Made by a program: the position numbers and the translations under genes. DNA of 64,000 bases from Gemmatimonadaceae bacterium (GTDB lineage: Bacteria > Gemmatimonadota > Gemmatimonadetes > Gemmatimonadales > Gemmatimonadaceae), in NCBI GenBank assembly GCA_036264075.1, contig DATARP010000100.1:2737-66736 (forward strand), read 5' to 3'. Within the stretch, counting starts at the first letter, position 1. Every line of letters starts with the position of its first letter. Positions 1-9,784 of this stretch are shown here, piece after piece. A model generated the notes under the pieces. That model worked only from the letters and a program-made list of their open reading frames with translations, was not told the DNA's origin and searched no databases.

Positions 1-977
1 TCGAATCCCACCGCCTCAACCGCACTGAGCGTTTCCGCAAAATCATCCTCGGTTTCGCCGGGGAACCCCACGATTATGTCGGTCGTGAGTGAAAGATCGG
101 GAATCGCTGACCGCAGCTCGTCGACGCACTCGAGATAGCCCTCGCGCGTATACCTCCGCAGCATCCGCTTGAGCGTTCGACTCGACCCGGATTGCATCGG
201 GAGGTGGACGTGCTCACAGACACTTTCCGTCTCCGCCAGGGCACGAATGACGCGCTCGCTGAAATCGTTCGGATGCGGGCTAGTGAACCGGAGTCTCCTG
301 ACTCCCGAAACGCTTCCGACCGCCCGCACAAGGTCGGCGAAATCGTGCTCGCCGTCGAAGTAGGAGTTAACGGTCTGGCCTAGCAGGACAATCTCCGAAA
401 TCCCCGACGCGACCACCGCCTCCGTCTCGCGCACGACCTCGGAAAGGCGGCGGCTGCGCTCCGGGCCGCGCGTCGTCGGCACGATGCAGTAGGTACACCT
501 GTAATCGCAGCCCCGCTGCACCGGTATCCACGCCTTCACGCCCTCGAAGCGGCGCGGAGTGAAGTCCTCGTAGTGCTCCTCGAGATCGAAATCGGTCGCA
601 GTCGTCCGCACGCCTTTTCGAGCGCTCTCGATGAGAGACGGTAGATCCCTGTACCCGTCCGGCCCGATGACCAGACTCACGTGCCTGGCACGGTCGAGCA
701 GCTGTGCGCCGAGACGCTGGGCCATGCATCCAGTGACGCCGACAACGGCACCCTGCTTCATGCGACTTTTCATCTCCCCGATTCGCCCGATCACGCGCTG
801 TTCCGCGTGCTCGCGTATCGCGCACGTGTTGATGAGAATCACGTCGGCGCCGTCGGGCTCCGGAACCGAGTCGTAGCCGGATTCGATCAGCTTCCCAAGC
901 ATTAGCTCGGTGTCGCTGACATTCATCTGACATCCGTACGTCTCGATGTAGACGGTTGGGCGTTGAGGCTGGAGCAT
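1..977 (-). CDS. miaB: tRNA methylthiotransferase MiaB (partial, runs off the left edge)
   Basis: Not in the ORF track. Manual translation from ATG at 977 gives MLQPQRPTVYIETYGCQMN...NTCAIRE...GCMAQ...GCDYRCTYC (radical SAM CxxxCxxC)...IIVGFPGET. Confidence 0.93.
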   Translation of the reverse strand, partial: MLQPQRPTVYIETYGCQMNVSDTELMLGKLIESGYDSVPEPDGADVILINTCAIREHAEQRVIGRIGEMKSRMKQGAVVGVTGCMAQRLGAQLLDRARHVSLVIGPDGYRDLPSLIESARKGVRTTATDFDLEEHYEDFTPRRFEGVKAWIPVQRGCDYRCTYCIVPTTRGPERSRRLSEVVRETEAVVASGISEIVLLGQTVNSYFDGEHDFADLVRAVGSVSGVRRLRFTSPHPNDFSERVIRALAETESVCEHVHLPMQSGSSRTLKRMLRRYTREGYLECVDELRSAIPDLSLTTDIIVGFPGETEDDFAETLSAVEAVGF

Positions 978-1018
978 CGACGGTGAGTTGCTGGTGAGCG
1001 CGCCCTGAAAGATAGCGG

Positions 1019-2224
1019 CTAGCCCGAAGACGCGGATGCCGCGCTGGTAGCGTGCAAGCTGTTTTCCGGCGATGTCGGATCTGACGGAAGCTCGATATAG
1101 AAAGAGCTTCCCCTGCCCTCTTCGCTCTTCACCCAGATGCGTCCGCCATGGCGCTCGACGACAAGCTTGCAGAAGGTCAACCCGAGCCCCGAGCTTCGCG
1201 TCCGCGGCGACCGTGGCATCTCCACCTGTCCGAACTTTCTGAAAATCAGATCGTGGTACTCGGGCGGAATTCCGGGACCGTTGTCACTGACGGTGAAAAG
1301 AATGCCGTTCCGGGCCTTTCGCGCGCTGAGCTCGAGATGGACGGGATGCGAGGAGTGCGTGACAGCGTTCTGAATGAGATTGGAAAACACCCGCTTGATC
1401 AGTCCCTTGTCGCCCGCGAAAATCGGTGCATCGTCCGCGACGGAAACCGACGCGGTCGTCTTCTCCTGCTGAAATCGGTGTCCCCATTCGTGAACGAGCT
1501 CGGCCAGCAGCGCTCCCGGTGCCATGGGCGCGAGCGTCAGCGAGATCCGCGCTTCCTCGATCCGCGCAACCTCGAGAATGTCGTCGATCAGCGCGAGAAG
1601 GTCTTCCGATTTTGTCTCGGCGTCTCCGATCGCCGCCTTCTGCGGCATCGTCACGGAGCCAAAATCTCCGTCGGCGAGCATCTCCAGTGTGGCCAGCACG
1701 GATGTCAGCGGCGTCTTGAGATCGTGCACGATCATCTTCATCAGGTCGTCGCGCACCTTCTCCAGCTCGCGAAGCTTGCGCAGGCTGTCCTCGAGCGCGT
1801 CCGTTGCCGCCTTGAGCTTGAGCAGGCTGCGAACGCGCGCACCGAGCACCAGACGATTGTGGGGCTTGGTGAGAAAGTCATCGCCACCAGCCTCGATTCC
1901 CCGCACTCGGTCGCTGGTGTCGTTAAGCGCGGTGACGAAGATCACCGGAATGCGAGACGTGCGCGGATCGCGCTTGATTCGGCGACAGACCTCGAACCCA
2001 GTCGATCGATCGTCGACGCCGAGATCGCCCGCCGGCATGGAGACGTCGAGAATGCAGAGATCGGGATGATGCTCGAACGCCGCCGCAACGGCCGACGGCC
2101 CGTCAACTGCCGTTATCGTCTCGTATCCCAGGCTGTCCAGCTGGTCGAGCAGGAGCTCGACGTTGGCGGGAATGTCGTCAGCAACGAGAATTACCTCGGG
2201 CTTCGCATTCGCGCCGTCAGCCAT
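1019..2224 (-). CDS. Cytoplasmic hybrid response regulator/histidine kinase (REC-HisKA-HATPase)
   Basis: N-terminal REC (ADD, LDVSMP, TKP), H-box HDLKTP, N/G boxes NLIQNA, DNGPGI, GLGL; no TM segment. Confidence 0.9.
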   Translation of the reverse strand: MADGANAKPEVILVADDIPANVELLLDQLDSLGYETITAVDGPSAVAAAFEHHPDLCILDVSMPAGDLGVDDRSTGFEVCRRIKRDPRTSRIPVIFVTALNDTSDRVRGIEAGGDDFLTKPHNRLVLGARVRSLLKLKAATDALEDSLRKLRELEKVRDDLMKMIVHDLKTPLTSVLATLEMLADGDFGSVTMPQKAAIGDAETKSEDLLALIDDILEVARIEEARISLTLAPMAPGALLAELVHEWGHRFQQEKTTASVSVADDAPIFAGDKGLIKRVFSNLIQNAVTHSSHPVHLELSARKARNGILFTVSDNGPGIPPEYHDLIFRKFGQVEMPRSPRTRSSGLGLTFCKLVVERHGGRIWVKSEEGRGSSFYIELPSDPTSPENSLHATSAASASSG

Positions 2225-2225
2225 A

Positions 2226-3353
2226 TCAGGGACTGACCCTCAAGCCGAAGCTGAGGATGATACCACGTTCCTTGATCGAAGCGGAGGATCGCGCTGCGTG
2301 CTGAAGCGAGAAATCCAGCGCGGCGCGTTCGCGAGCGAGGGGAACGCCAACCCCACCCATAAACGAGGTCTCGGAGACTTTCTGCCCGTTGAACCCGAAT
2401 GGAAGCGTGCGTACCCTCGCGCCAGCGCGCATCACCAGCACTCGCTGCATTACGCGCGGCCCCGAAGCCTCTCCACCGAAAGAGTAATCCCACGAATCGA
2501 AGCCCTGGACCGTGGAGCCGATCGTATTGAGGGAGCTCCAGTTGTCGTGGGCCGCCCGCGCTGAGAGGTTTGCGCCCGTGATTCCGTCATAGCTAACCGA
2601 CACAGAGTAGTGATCCGGCAGTCGTCCCCGTCCGATCGTGGAATCGCTCGACTTGGCGGTCAGGTCTCCACCCTTTCTGCCTGCAATCGCAAATCCGATG
2701 ACGCGCGAAGGATGAAGCTCGATACCTGCGGACGCGGCGAAACCCGTGAAGCTGAGGCGAGCGCTCTCGGATGAGGTGCTGTACTTGGCGCTGTCAGGAA
2801 AGATCTGCGAGAGCGTAACGCGATTGCTGCCACTGAACACGTGCATCCCGCCACCGAGCCGCACCTTTGGAGTTCCGGTCCAGGCGATCGCCAGTCGCAC
2901 ATCGTTGATCGCGCCCAGCACCTTGTTGATCTCGGTCATGTTGACGCTGTCCGTCCCGACGAGCTCTCTGCGCGCGAGGCTGGTTTCCGACGAGCGATCG
3001 AGGAAGGTCGCCGAGCTGACGCCGAGGGCCCACGCCTGTCCCATCGGGATAATGCCCGAAACCATGGGAAAGCGCGCGGTTACAGTGCTCGCAGTACCCG
3101 AACCCGCAGTGACGCGCCTGAACTCTGGCGAATACTGGAAGAAGATCGCAGAAGCACCGACTCCGGCAATCGAAGCGGGAGACACCAGGCTCAATGCGTC
3201 GAAGTCCCCGAGCGCCCCGCCCGTTCCCTCGGCTCTCGCGCTCATCTCACCCGTTGGATAGCCGAGCCCCTGTGTGCTGAGCGCCCCCTGCGCGTTCCCA
3301 CGAGAGACGATCAGAGCTATCGCGAGCGTTGCTACGACCATTGTGCGCATCAC
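2226..3353 (-). CDS. Exported, probable outer-membrane beta-barrel protein (FadL-like)
   Basis: Signal peptide; N-terminal motif SARAEGTGG..DALSLVSPAS resembles the FadL-type hatch; alternating amphipathic beta strands to the C-terminus. Confidence 0.6.
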   Translation of the reverse strand: MMRTMVVATLAIALIVSRGNAQGALSTQGLGYPTGEMSARAEGTGGALGDFDALSLVSPASIAGVGASAIFFQYSPEFRRVTAGSGTASTVTARFPMVSGIIPMGQAWALGVSSATFLDRSSETSLARRELVGTDSVNMTEINKVLGAINDVRLAIAWTGTPKVRLGGGMHVFSGSNRVTLSQIFPDSAKYSTSSESARLSFTGFAASAGIELHPSRVIGFAIAGRKGGDLTAKSSDSTIGRGRLPDHYSVSVSYDGITGANLSARAAHDNWSSLNTIGSTVQGFDSWDYSFGGEASGPRVMQRVLVMRAGARVRTLPFGFNGQKVSETSFMGGVGVPLARERAALDFSLQHAARSSASIKERGIILSFGLRVSP

Positions 3354-4612
3354 GGAATCCCCAGCGGAACGCGATTAGTGTAACTGATTCTCAGCCGCGG
3401 GCGCAGGAGCGTGAGCGCTTCCTCGCTGGAGGAGAATCTGATTTCCAGCGGCGAGTTGCCCTCGTTTAGAGTCTTGAGGACGATCGCGCGGGGGACGGTA
3501 TCGGGTGACTGTGTGCGCCAGATCGGGAAGGCTTTGACGAGCTCGATCTCCGTCACGCCCGAGCCCCCGGGTGTGATCTTGAGAGTGTCCAGAGTGATGT
3601 CGCCCACTATCTGCGCTGCCTTAGTCGGATCAGTGACAGCCTTCCCCGCCAAAACAAGGGAGGGGAGAATAAGAACGGTGTCCGTGGGATCCAGCATGGA
3701 ATTCGGAAGCTGATTCAGGAGCAGCGTCGCACGGACCACCGTCGTAGAGTCGATGATATTGAGAGGAATCGAGAACCGAATGTAGACCCGGCGCGGCGGG
3801 AGTCCGCCGACATCGAGGTCGGTCAGTGGACCAGGCGGCGGCCCTTTCGCGATGATCGTGTAATCGGAGAGGTGATATGCGACGACTGCCTCGCCCGTCG
3901 GCGTTCGTGAAAAAGGCGCCACGGAAAGCGCTGCCGTGATTGTATCTGGCCTCGCGCGAAACACGAGCGTGGGCGGCGCACCGCCTTCGGTCGAGATGAT
4001 ACGCACCTGCGACGAGCTTGCCCCAGCGACAGCGCGCAGACCAATGCGGAATCTCGCGTTCGCCTGAATCTTGGCCAGCACTGTCGCGGTCGAGATGTAG
4101 TACCTGAGGCTGTCCTTCAGGTCGGCGCGAATGAAGGACTGGGACGAGATGAAGCGGTCGGGGCGAAAGAGGGCGAGAACAGCGGCCGTCGAAGTATCGC
4201 TCGCAGTAGTGTCGACGTCGTACGCCTCGATAATCACCGGACCACCCTTGATCGAAAGCGTATCGATGTGGAGGAGGATGTACGCGCTGTCCACCTCTGT
4301 TATCGGCTGGGCCGTGTCGGCACTGGGAGTGAACTTGAGCGGGAGCGAGTCGAAGCGAATGATCACGCGCGTGTCGAGCGTGTCGCCCCGCGACGCCAGG
4401 AACAGCCCCGGCTCAGTACCCAATCCCGAGAGTGACTGGACCGTCGTATCGAGCGCCACGGCATCGATGGTGAGATTCTGCACGTGGCCGCCGACGGGCG
4501 GACAGAGCACAGAGCAAACACCGGAGCTATCGAGATTCTCGGAGCACGATGCGAAAGAAATGAACAGCGCGGCGGTCGCGACCGAGCGCAACAGCAAAGA
4601 CGAAGACTTCAC
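3350..4612 (-). CDS. Hypothetical lipoprotein (DUF4270-like, beta-rich)
   Basis: Probable GTG start at 4612 overlapping the cdd stop; lipobox FASC after a hydrophobic stretch; C-terminal PRLRISYT motif. Confidence 0.6.
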   Translation of the reverse strand: MKSSSLLLRSVATAALFISFASCSENLDSSGVCSVLCPPVGGHVQNLTIDAVALDTTVQSLSGLGTEPGLFLASRGDTLDTRVIIRFDSLPLKFTPSADTAQPITEVDSAYILLHIDTLSIKGGPVIIEAYDVDTTASDTSTAAVLALFRPDRFISSQSFIRADLKDSLRYYISTATVLAKIQANARFRIGLRAVAGASSSQVRIISTEGGAPPTLVFRARPDTITAALSVAPFSRTPTGEAVVAYHLSDYTIIAKGPPPGPLTDLDVGGLPPRRVYIRFSIPLNIIDSTTVVRATLLLNQLPNSMLDPTDTVLILPSLVLAGKAVTDPTKAAQIVGDITLDTLKITPGGSGVTEIELVKAFPIWRTQSPDTVPRAIVLKTLNEGNSPLEIRFSSSEEALTLLRPRLRISYTNRVPLGIP

Positions 4613-5028
4613 TACATCCTTCCACGTGATTGGTTCAGCACGAAGGCGTGTGGCAGCAGCTCCTGGAGCGTCCACGAAGCTTCCTTTCCGTCGCGCGTGT
4701 AGCTGGAGACTCTGATATTCGGCGCAAACTCGTTCAACACCTGCCTGCACGCCCCGCATGGAGGGGTCGGCTCCCGATCGTCCGATGCGATTGCTATCTC
4801 GTCGAATTCAGTCAGCCCTTGTGAGACAGCAGAGGCCACCGCAAGGGTTTCCGCGCAAATTGCGAATCCGTAGGCGGAATTCTCGACGTTGCACCCGGTT
4901 ATGAGCTTGCCGTCGCGCGTCAGCAGGGCGGCTCCGACGCGAAAGTTCGAATACGGAGCATGCGCGTTGTCCAGCGCGCGCATCGCTGCCTCCCTGAGGG
5001 AGGCCCTGGTTTCCGATTTCTTGGTCAT
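4612..5028 (-). CDS. cdd: Cytidine deaminase
   Basis: APYSNFRVGAA, CAE and PCGACRQ zinc motifs; ATG at 5028 overlaps the deoB stop. Confidence 0.95.
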   Translation of the reverse strand: MTKKSETRASLREAAMRALDNAHAPYSNFRVGAALLTRDGKLITGCNVENSAYGFAICAETLAVASAVSQGLTEFDEIAIASDDREPTPPCGACRQVLNEFAPNIRVSSYTRDGKEASWTLQELLPHAFVLNQSRGRM

Positions 5029-6191
5029 CAGACTATCAGCTCTGTCAGGAACGATCTGCCGCGACCTCTGAATGACAGCCCAAACCACTCCGCGATTGTC
5101 GCGCCGAGATCGGAGAATGTGTCGCGCTCGCCGAGGTCGCGGGGCACGACGCGCATGCCTCCTGCGAGGAGTGGAACAATCTCGCGGGCGTGATCCGAAG
5201 ATGGAGTTGTAGGATCGTTGCCGTGGTCGGCGGTGATGAAAAGCAGGTCTTCCTCTTTGAGCCGGGAATTGATGGAGGGCAGAGCTGCGTCGAATTCGCG
5301 CAGCGCACCATAGAACCCCGCAACGTCGTTGCGGTGCCCGAACAACTGGTCGAAATCTACTAGGTTGGCGAAGAGGAGCCCACTTTCAGCGGTCGAAAGC
5401 CACTTCTTGATGCCGCTGATGCCTTCCGCGTTGGACGCCGTGTGCGTCGAAGCAATCGAGCGACCCGCGAAAAGATCGTCGACCTTACCGACTCCCGCTC
5501 GCGGAATGCCTGCCGCCGCGAGAGCGTCGAGGAGGGTCTCCGAGGGCGGTACGAGGGAATAGTCGCGCCGATTCGCAGTCCGGTTGGGTACACCGTTCTC
5601 GACCACGAAGGGTCGAGCTATCACCCGCGAAACATCGTCAGGAGGCACCAGCATCTTCCGCGCGATCTCACAGGCGCGGTAGAGCTCAGCGAGTGGAATT
5701 ACGGCTTCGTCGGCGGCGATCTGGAAGACGGAGTCCGCCGAGGTGTAAACGATCCAGCTCCCAGTCGCGCGGTGCTCGGCGGCGAAGCGGTTCATCACGT
5801 CGGTACCGCTACCAACTACGTTGCCGATCACTCCGCGCCCCGTCTCCCGCGCGAACTTCGCAATCACCTCGCTGGGAAAACCCTTGGGGTAAGTGGGGAA
5901 CGGGCGCTCGAGATGCACTCCCGCGATCTCCCAATGCCCGGTCGTGCTGTCCTTCCCCGCGGATGCCGGCCGCATGCTGCCCCAGGCGCCCGCCGCGTCG
6001 CCGCGAGCAGCGATGCCATCGATCCGCCGAATGTTGCCCAGTCCGAGCCGCTCGAGGCGCGGGAGCCTCAGGCCACCACTCACGCGAGCGAGGTTTCCGA
6101 GCGTGTCGCTTGCCGTGTCGCCATAGTCCGCAGCGTCTGGCGCTTCGCCGATGCCAACACCGTCGAGGATTATGATGACCGCGCGCTTCAC
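5028..6191 (-). CDS. deoB: Phosphopentomutase
   Basis: LDGVGIG, GKDSTTGHWE, YTSADSVFQ, NLVDFD..GHR, TADHGNDP motifs. Confidence 0.95.
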   Translation of the reverse strand: MKRAVIIILDGVGIGEAPDAADYGDTASDTLGNLARVSGGLRLPRLERLGLGNIRRIDGIAARGDAAGAWGSMRPASAGKDSTTGHWEIAGVHLERPFPTYPKGFPSEVIAKFARETGRGVIGNVVGSGTDVMNRFAAEHRATGSWIVYTSADSVFQIAADEAVIPLAELYRACEIARKMLVPPDDVSRVIARPFVVENGVPNRTANRRDYSLVPPSETLLDALAAAGIPRAGVGKVDDLFAGRSIASTHTASNAEGISGIKKWLSTAESGLLFANLVDFDQLFGHRNDVAGFYGALREFDAALPSINSRLKEEDLLFITADHGNDPTTPSSDHAREIVPLLAGGMRVVPRDLGERDTFSDLGATIAEWFGLSFRGRGRSFLTELIV

Positions 6192-6193
6192 GG

Positions 6194-7270
6194 TTATGGA
6201 CCCGTGTAGATCTTCCCGACCCGGGATCTCAACCCGGTGAGAAGCTCGTACGGAGACATGCTCGCGTCGTCAGCGACTCGCTCCACAGTGAGAACGGTGT
6301 TCCCCGACCGGCCGATCAGCGTGACCGCGTCGCCGACTTCGCAGCTAACCGTCGTCACGTCGATCATCGTCATATCCATGGTAACCCGGCCAGCGATCGG
6401 CGCGATCGTTCCACCAACCAACGCCGAGCCCACCTGGCTGAGAGAGCGCGGATAGCCATCCGCGTATCCAATCGCCAGCGTGGCGATGCGGGCCGCTCGC
6501 TCGACGCGAAGCGTCGCGTCGTAGCTGACCGTGTCACCGGCCTCGAGGTTTCGAATCTCCACGATGGGAGCCCGCAGGTGTACGACCGGCTCTGGCTGAA
6601 CGGCTGCAGAGATTCCGCTCCCCACCCCGTAAAGAAAAATGCCCGGACGGACGAGGTCCCATTCGCTTCTCGCCTTACGGGCAACTGCAGCGCTGTTGTC
6701 GGCGTGCAGCAACGGTGGGCGAGACGGCAAGCGGGCTATTGCCGTACGAAAACGCCCCTCCTGCTCTCCCATCGTCCCGTCGTCCAGCTCTGCGGAATGA
6801 AAGTGGGTAAACGCGCCTTCGGGCGGAGCCAGTGCCGCGAGCTGCGCGATCTGGTCGATCTCGCGCCAGGGGAGGCCGGCGCGACTCATCCCCGTATCGA
6901 CAGCCAGGTGCCACGCGCCACCGCCCGCCCGCAACCACGATTCGATTTCTCCAGGAAAGCCGAGCGTCGGCGTCAGTCGCGCGGAACGTGCGCGCGCCAG
7001 ATCCGGATTCAGGAGCGGCGTGAAAATCACGATGGAACGCGCTACACCGAGATCGCGCAGCTCTTCGCCCTCGGCGAGGGTGGCTACCCCGTAACCCCAC
7101 GGCTCGAGGGGCTCCATGGCGCGCAGCACTCCTTTCGCGCCCAGGCCGTAGGCGTCCGCTTTGATCATCGGCAGGATGGGCACGCCGGCGCGCCTCGCAA
7201 CCGCGGCTCCATTACGCTGCAACGCGCCCAGGTCGATCTCGACCAGGGCGCGAGCTAATGTCTGCTTCAT
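6194..7270 (-). CDS. alr: Alanine racemase
   Basis: KADAYG (PLP lysine), DTGMSR, RPGIFLYG, GYADG, GRVTMD. Confidence 0.95.
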   Translation of the reverse strand: MKQTLARALVEIDLGALQRNGAAVARRAGVPILPMIKADAYGLGAKGVLRAMEPLEPWGYGVATLAEGEELRDLGVARSIVIFTPLLNPDLARARSARLTPTLGFPGEIESWLRAGGGAWHLAVDTGMSRAGLPWREIDQIAQLAALAPPEGAFTHFHSAELDDGTMGEQEGRFRTAIARLPSRPPLLHADNSAAVARKARSEWDLVRPGIFLYGVGSGISAAVQPEPVVHLRAPIVEIRNLEAGDTVSYDATLRVERAARIATLAIGYADGYPRSLSQVGSALVGGTIAPIAGRVTMDMTMIDVTTVSCEVGDAVTLIGRSGNTVLTVERVADDASMSPYELLTGLRSRVGKIYTGP

Positions 7271-7323
7271 TGACGCTTCATTTACGATTCGGGTAGTATA
7301 CGCCGGACCTCAGATGCCTTCAA
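7270..7323. promoter_or_regulatory. Overlapping divergent sigma70-type promoters for mazG (+) and alr (-)
   Basis: Plus strand: TTGACG(7270-7275)-N18-TAGTAT(7294-7299). Minus strand: TTGAAG(7323-7318)-N17-TATACT(7300-7295). Confidence 0.55.
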
Positions 7324-7352
7324 GAAAACGAGCTCGGACGCAGCCATCACTC

Positions 7353-8150
7353 ATGGATAAGACACATTCTCTGGACGATACGCTCGCGCTCATGCGCGAC
7401 CTGCGAAAACGGTGCGAATGGGATGCCGCGCAGACACACGAGTCTCTTCGACCGTATCTGATCGAGGAAGCGACCGAGCTCGACGACGCAATCAGGCTCG
7501 AGGACGATCGACTGATGCGGGAAGAGCTCGGCGACGTGCTGTTGCAAGTGCTCTTTCACTCTGTGCTGGCCGAGGAGCGCGGCGCGTTTGCTTTCGCGGA
7601 CGTCGCCGAGGGATTGATCACCAAGATGAAGGGGCGGCACCCGCATCTATACGGTGATGCCGCGAAGGAGCCGTGGGAGCGAATGAAGTCGAGGCATCGC
7701 AAGAGCATCGGTGACGGACTTCCCGCCGCGCTGCCGGCGCTCCATCGAGCGCACAGGCTCCAGGATCGCGCAGCGGGCGTAGGATTCGACTGGCCCGATG
7801 TCCTTGGGCCGGCTGAAAAAGTCGAGGAAGAGTTGGCTGAGGTCAGAGCAGAGCTTCAGCAATCAAAGCCAGCCAAGCCCGGTTCGCCGCCGGCGATGGA
7901 CGCGCGCCACTATGCGCTCGAGGCAGAGATCGGTGACCTGCTGTTCGCCGTCGTCAACTTGGCACGGAAAGCAGGAGTCCATTCTTCGCTGGCGCTCGAC
8001 AAGGCCAATGCGAAATTCGAACGCCGATTTCAGGAGATCGAAAAGTTGGCGAAGGACCGGAGCATCGACATCGCACACGCGGGGCTGGAGAAGCTCGACG
8101 CGCTATGGGATGAAATCAAGCAAGCGGAGAAGAACACCAGCCGCGAATGA
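7353..8150 (+). CDS. mazG: Nucleoside triphosphate pyrophosphohydrolase MazG
   Basis: Two MazG domains: WDAAQTHESL..EELGDVLLQ..RHPH and GFDWP..EIGDLLF..ANAKFERRF; start taken at ATG 7353 (alternative 7314). Confidence 0.93.
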   Translation: MDKTHSLDDTLALMRDLRKRCEWDAAQTHESLRPYLIEEATELDDAIRLEDDRLMREELGDVLLQVLFHSVLAEERGAFAFADVAEGLITKMKGRHPHLYGDAAKEPWERMKSRHRKSIGDGLPAALPALHRAHRLQDRAAGVGFDWPDVLGPAEKVEEELAEVRAELQQSKPAKPGSPPAMDARHYALEAEIGDLLFAVVNLARKAGVHSSLALDKANAKFERRFQEIEKLAKDRSIDIAHAGLEKLDALWDEIKQAEKNTSRE

Positions 8151-8157
8151 CAGACGA

Positions 8158-9438
8158 TCAAAGCGACTTGGAACCGCCCTCGATCTCGGCCGCCGCGAGA
8201 ATTCCGCGCTCTATGTAAATCGGACGGACGTGGGCGCGAAGCCGTGGAAGACGGGCAGCGAATACTGCAGCACCGAGCGAACAGCTTACGCCGCCAAGGG
8301 TCACAGTATTCATCGGTCCGATGTGGCCACCGGCGAACCCGGCAAGCAGGCTTCCGAGTGGGGCCGTGCCGAGGAAAGCCATCGTGTAAAAAGACATTAC
8401 CCTGCCCCGCATGTCGTCTTCGACGATCGTCTGCAGAATGGTATTGGTCGACGCCATGAGCACCATCATCCCGGCGCCAACGACTGGGAGCAGGATGAGT
8501 GACAGCCAGAGCGCGCGAGAAAATGAAAACGCGATGAGCCCCGCGCCAAATGCGAACGTCGCTGCGACCATCACCCGTCCGAGCCCGAGCACAGAGCGCC
8601 GGGAGGCGAGATAGAACGCGCCGCCGAGCGCTCCAAACCCGATCGCGGTCATCAGGTATCCCAGCGTATGGGGACCGCCATGAAGAACGTTGGCCGCAAT
8701 CGCCGGCATGAGCACCGTGTACGGCATCCCCATCGTCGCGACTAGTGCGAGCAGCAGGAGAGAGTCGCGAACAGGGGGAAATCTCGTGACGTAGCGAAAG
8801 CCGGTCCGCAACTCGTCGAGCATCCTCGTGTTCGTTGTCGGCGGAGAGAACGTGTCGAGGTGCATGGCGAGAAGCGACGCGATCACGGCGAGATACGAGA
8901 CCGCGTCGAGCGCGAAGCACCAGCCCTCGCCGACGGCCGCAATCATGACTCCGCCCACCGAAGGGCCGATGATGCGGCTCGCGTTCACCATCGAAGAGTT
9001 GAGCGCGATTGCGTTGGGAAGATCGGCGCGTTCGGTCACCATTTCCACGACGAACGTCTGCCGCGCCGGGGTGTCGAAGGCGTTGATTATCCCTTGCACC
9101 ACCTGGAGAGCCAGGATCTCGGCCACCGTGATTCTTCCGGCGAGCGTCAGCGCGGCGAGCGCAACGGACTGGAGCATCGCCAGAGCCTGTGTCACAACGA
9201 GGATGCGATGCCGATTCCAGCGGTCAATGAGAACGCCCGTGAACGGGGCGAGGAGGAGTGTTGGAATCTGCCCGAAGAATCCGACTACTCCGAGCAAAAA
9301 GACCGAGTGCGTGAGCCTATATACGAGCCAGCTTGTCGCAATCCTTGTGATCCACGTGCCGACGAGCGATACGGTCTGGCCAGCGAAGAAAAGTCTATAG
9401 TTGCGGTGTCGAAGGGCGCGCGTGAGATGCGACGCCAC
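8158..9438 (-). CDS. MFS transporter (MFS_3/DHA3-like, about 12 TM)
   Basis: ALRHRNYRLFFAGQTVSLVGTW N-terminus, motif A GVLIDRWNRHR, MRGRVMS. Confidence 0.9.
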   Translation of the reverse strand: MASHLTRALRHRNYRLFFAGQTVSLVGTWITRIATSWLVYRLTHSVFLLGVVGFFGQIPTLLLAPFTGVLIDRWNRHRILVVTQALAMLQSVALAALTLAGRITVAEILALQVVQGIINAFDTPARQTFVVEMVTERADLPNAIALNSSMVNASRIIGPSVGGVMIAAVGEGWCFALDAVSYLAVIASLLAMHLDTFSPPTTNTRMLDELRTGFRYVTRFPPVRDSLLLLALVATMGMPYTVLMPAIAANVLHGGPHTLGYLMTAIGFGALGGAFYLASRRSVLGLGRVMVAATFAFGAGLIAFSFSRALWLSLILLPVVGAGMMVLMASTNTILQTIVEDDMRGRVMSFYTMAFLGTAPLGSLLAGFAGGHIGPMNTVTLGGVSCSLGAAVFAARLPRLRAHVRPIYIERGILAAAEIEGGSKSL

Positions 9439-9753
9439 TCATTCGCTCTCCTCTTCGGCATCGTCTCCGTGTTCCACGATGTCGCCTGGCTTGAAGAGAA
9501 TCCCCTCGAGTACCTCACGCCACTTCTTGTTCCTCCGCAGCAGAAATTCCAGATCCATCCCGAAATGCTTGAACTCCTCGTGCTGGGCGTTCCGCATGAT
9601 GGCCTTGGCCTCGCGATCCTTCTCGAGCGCGAGGCGCTGCTCGTACCAGCCAATCGCTTCCGCTTCCTCGATGAGAGACGTGATCATGCGGGCGAACGTG
9701 CGCGTCTTCGCCGAGAGCTCGGCCGGCGGCTCGTGATATTGGTCAAACCCCAT
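9439..9753 (-). CDS. Encapsulated-ferritin-like (EncFtn/Flp) protein
   Basis: YHEP..SLIEEAEAIGWYEQR..EEFKH..LEFLLRR pattern of EncFtn ferroxidase helices; GGAGGT RBS. Confidence 0.8.
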   Translation of the reverse strand: MGFDQYHEPPAELSAKTRTFARMITSLIEEAEAIGWYEQRLALEKDREAKAIMRNAQHEEFKHFGMDLEFLLRRNKKWREVLEGILFKPGDIVEHGDDAEEESE

Positions 9754-9784
9754 CAGACCTCCATTGAACCGCGGGGAATCAACC

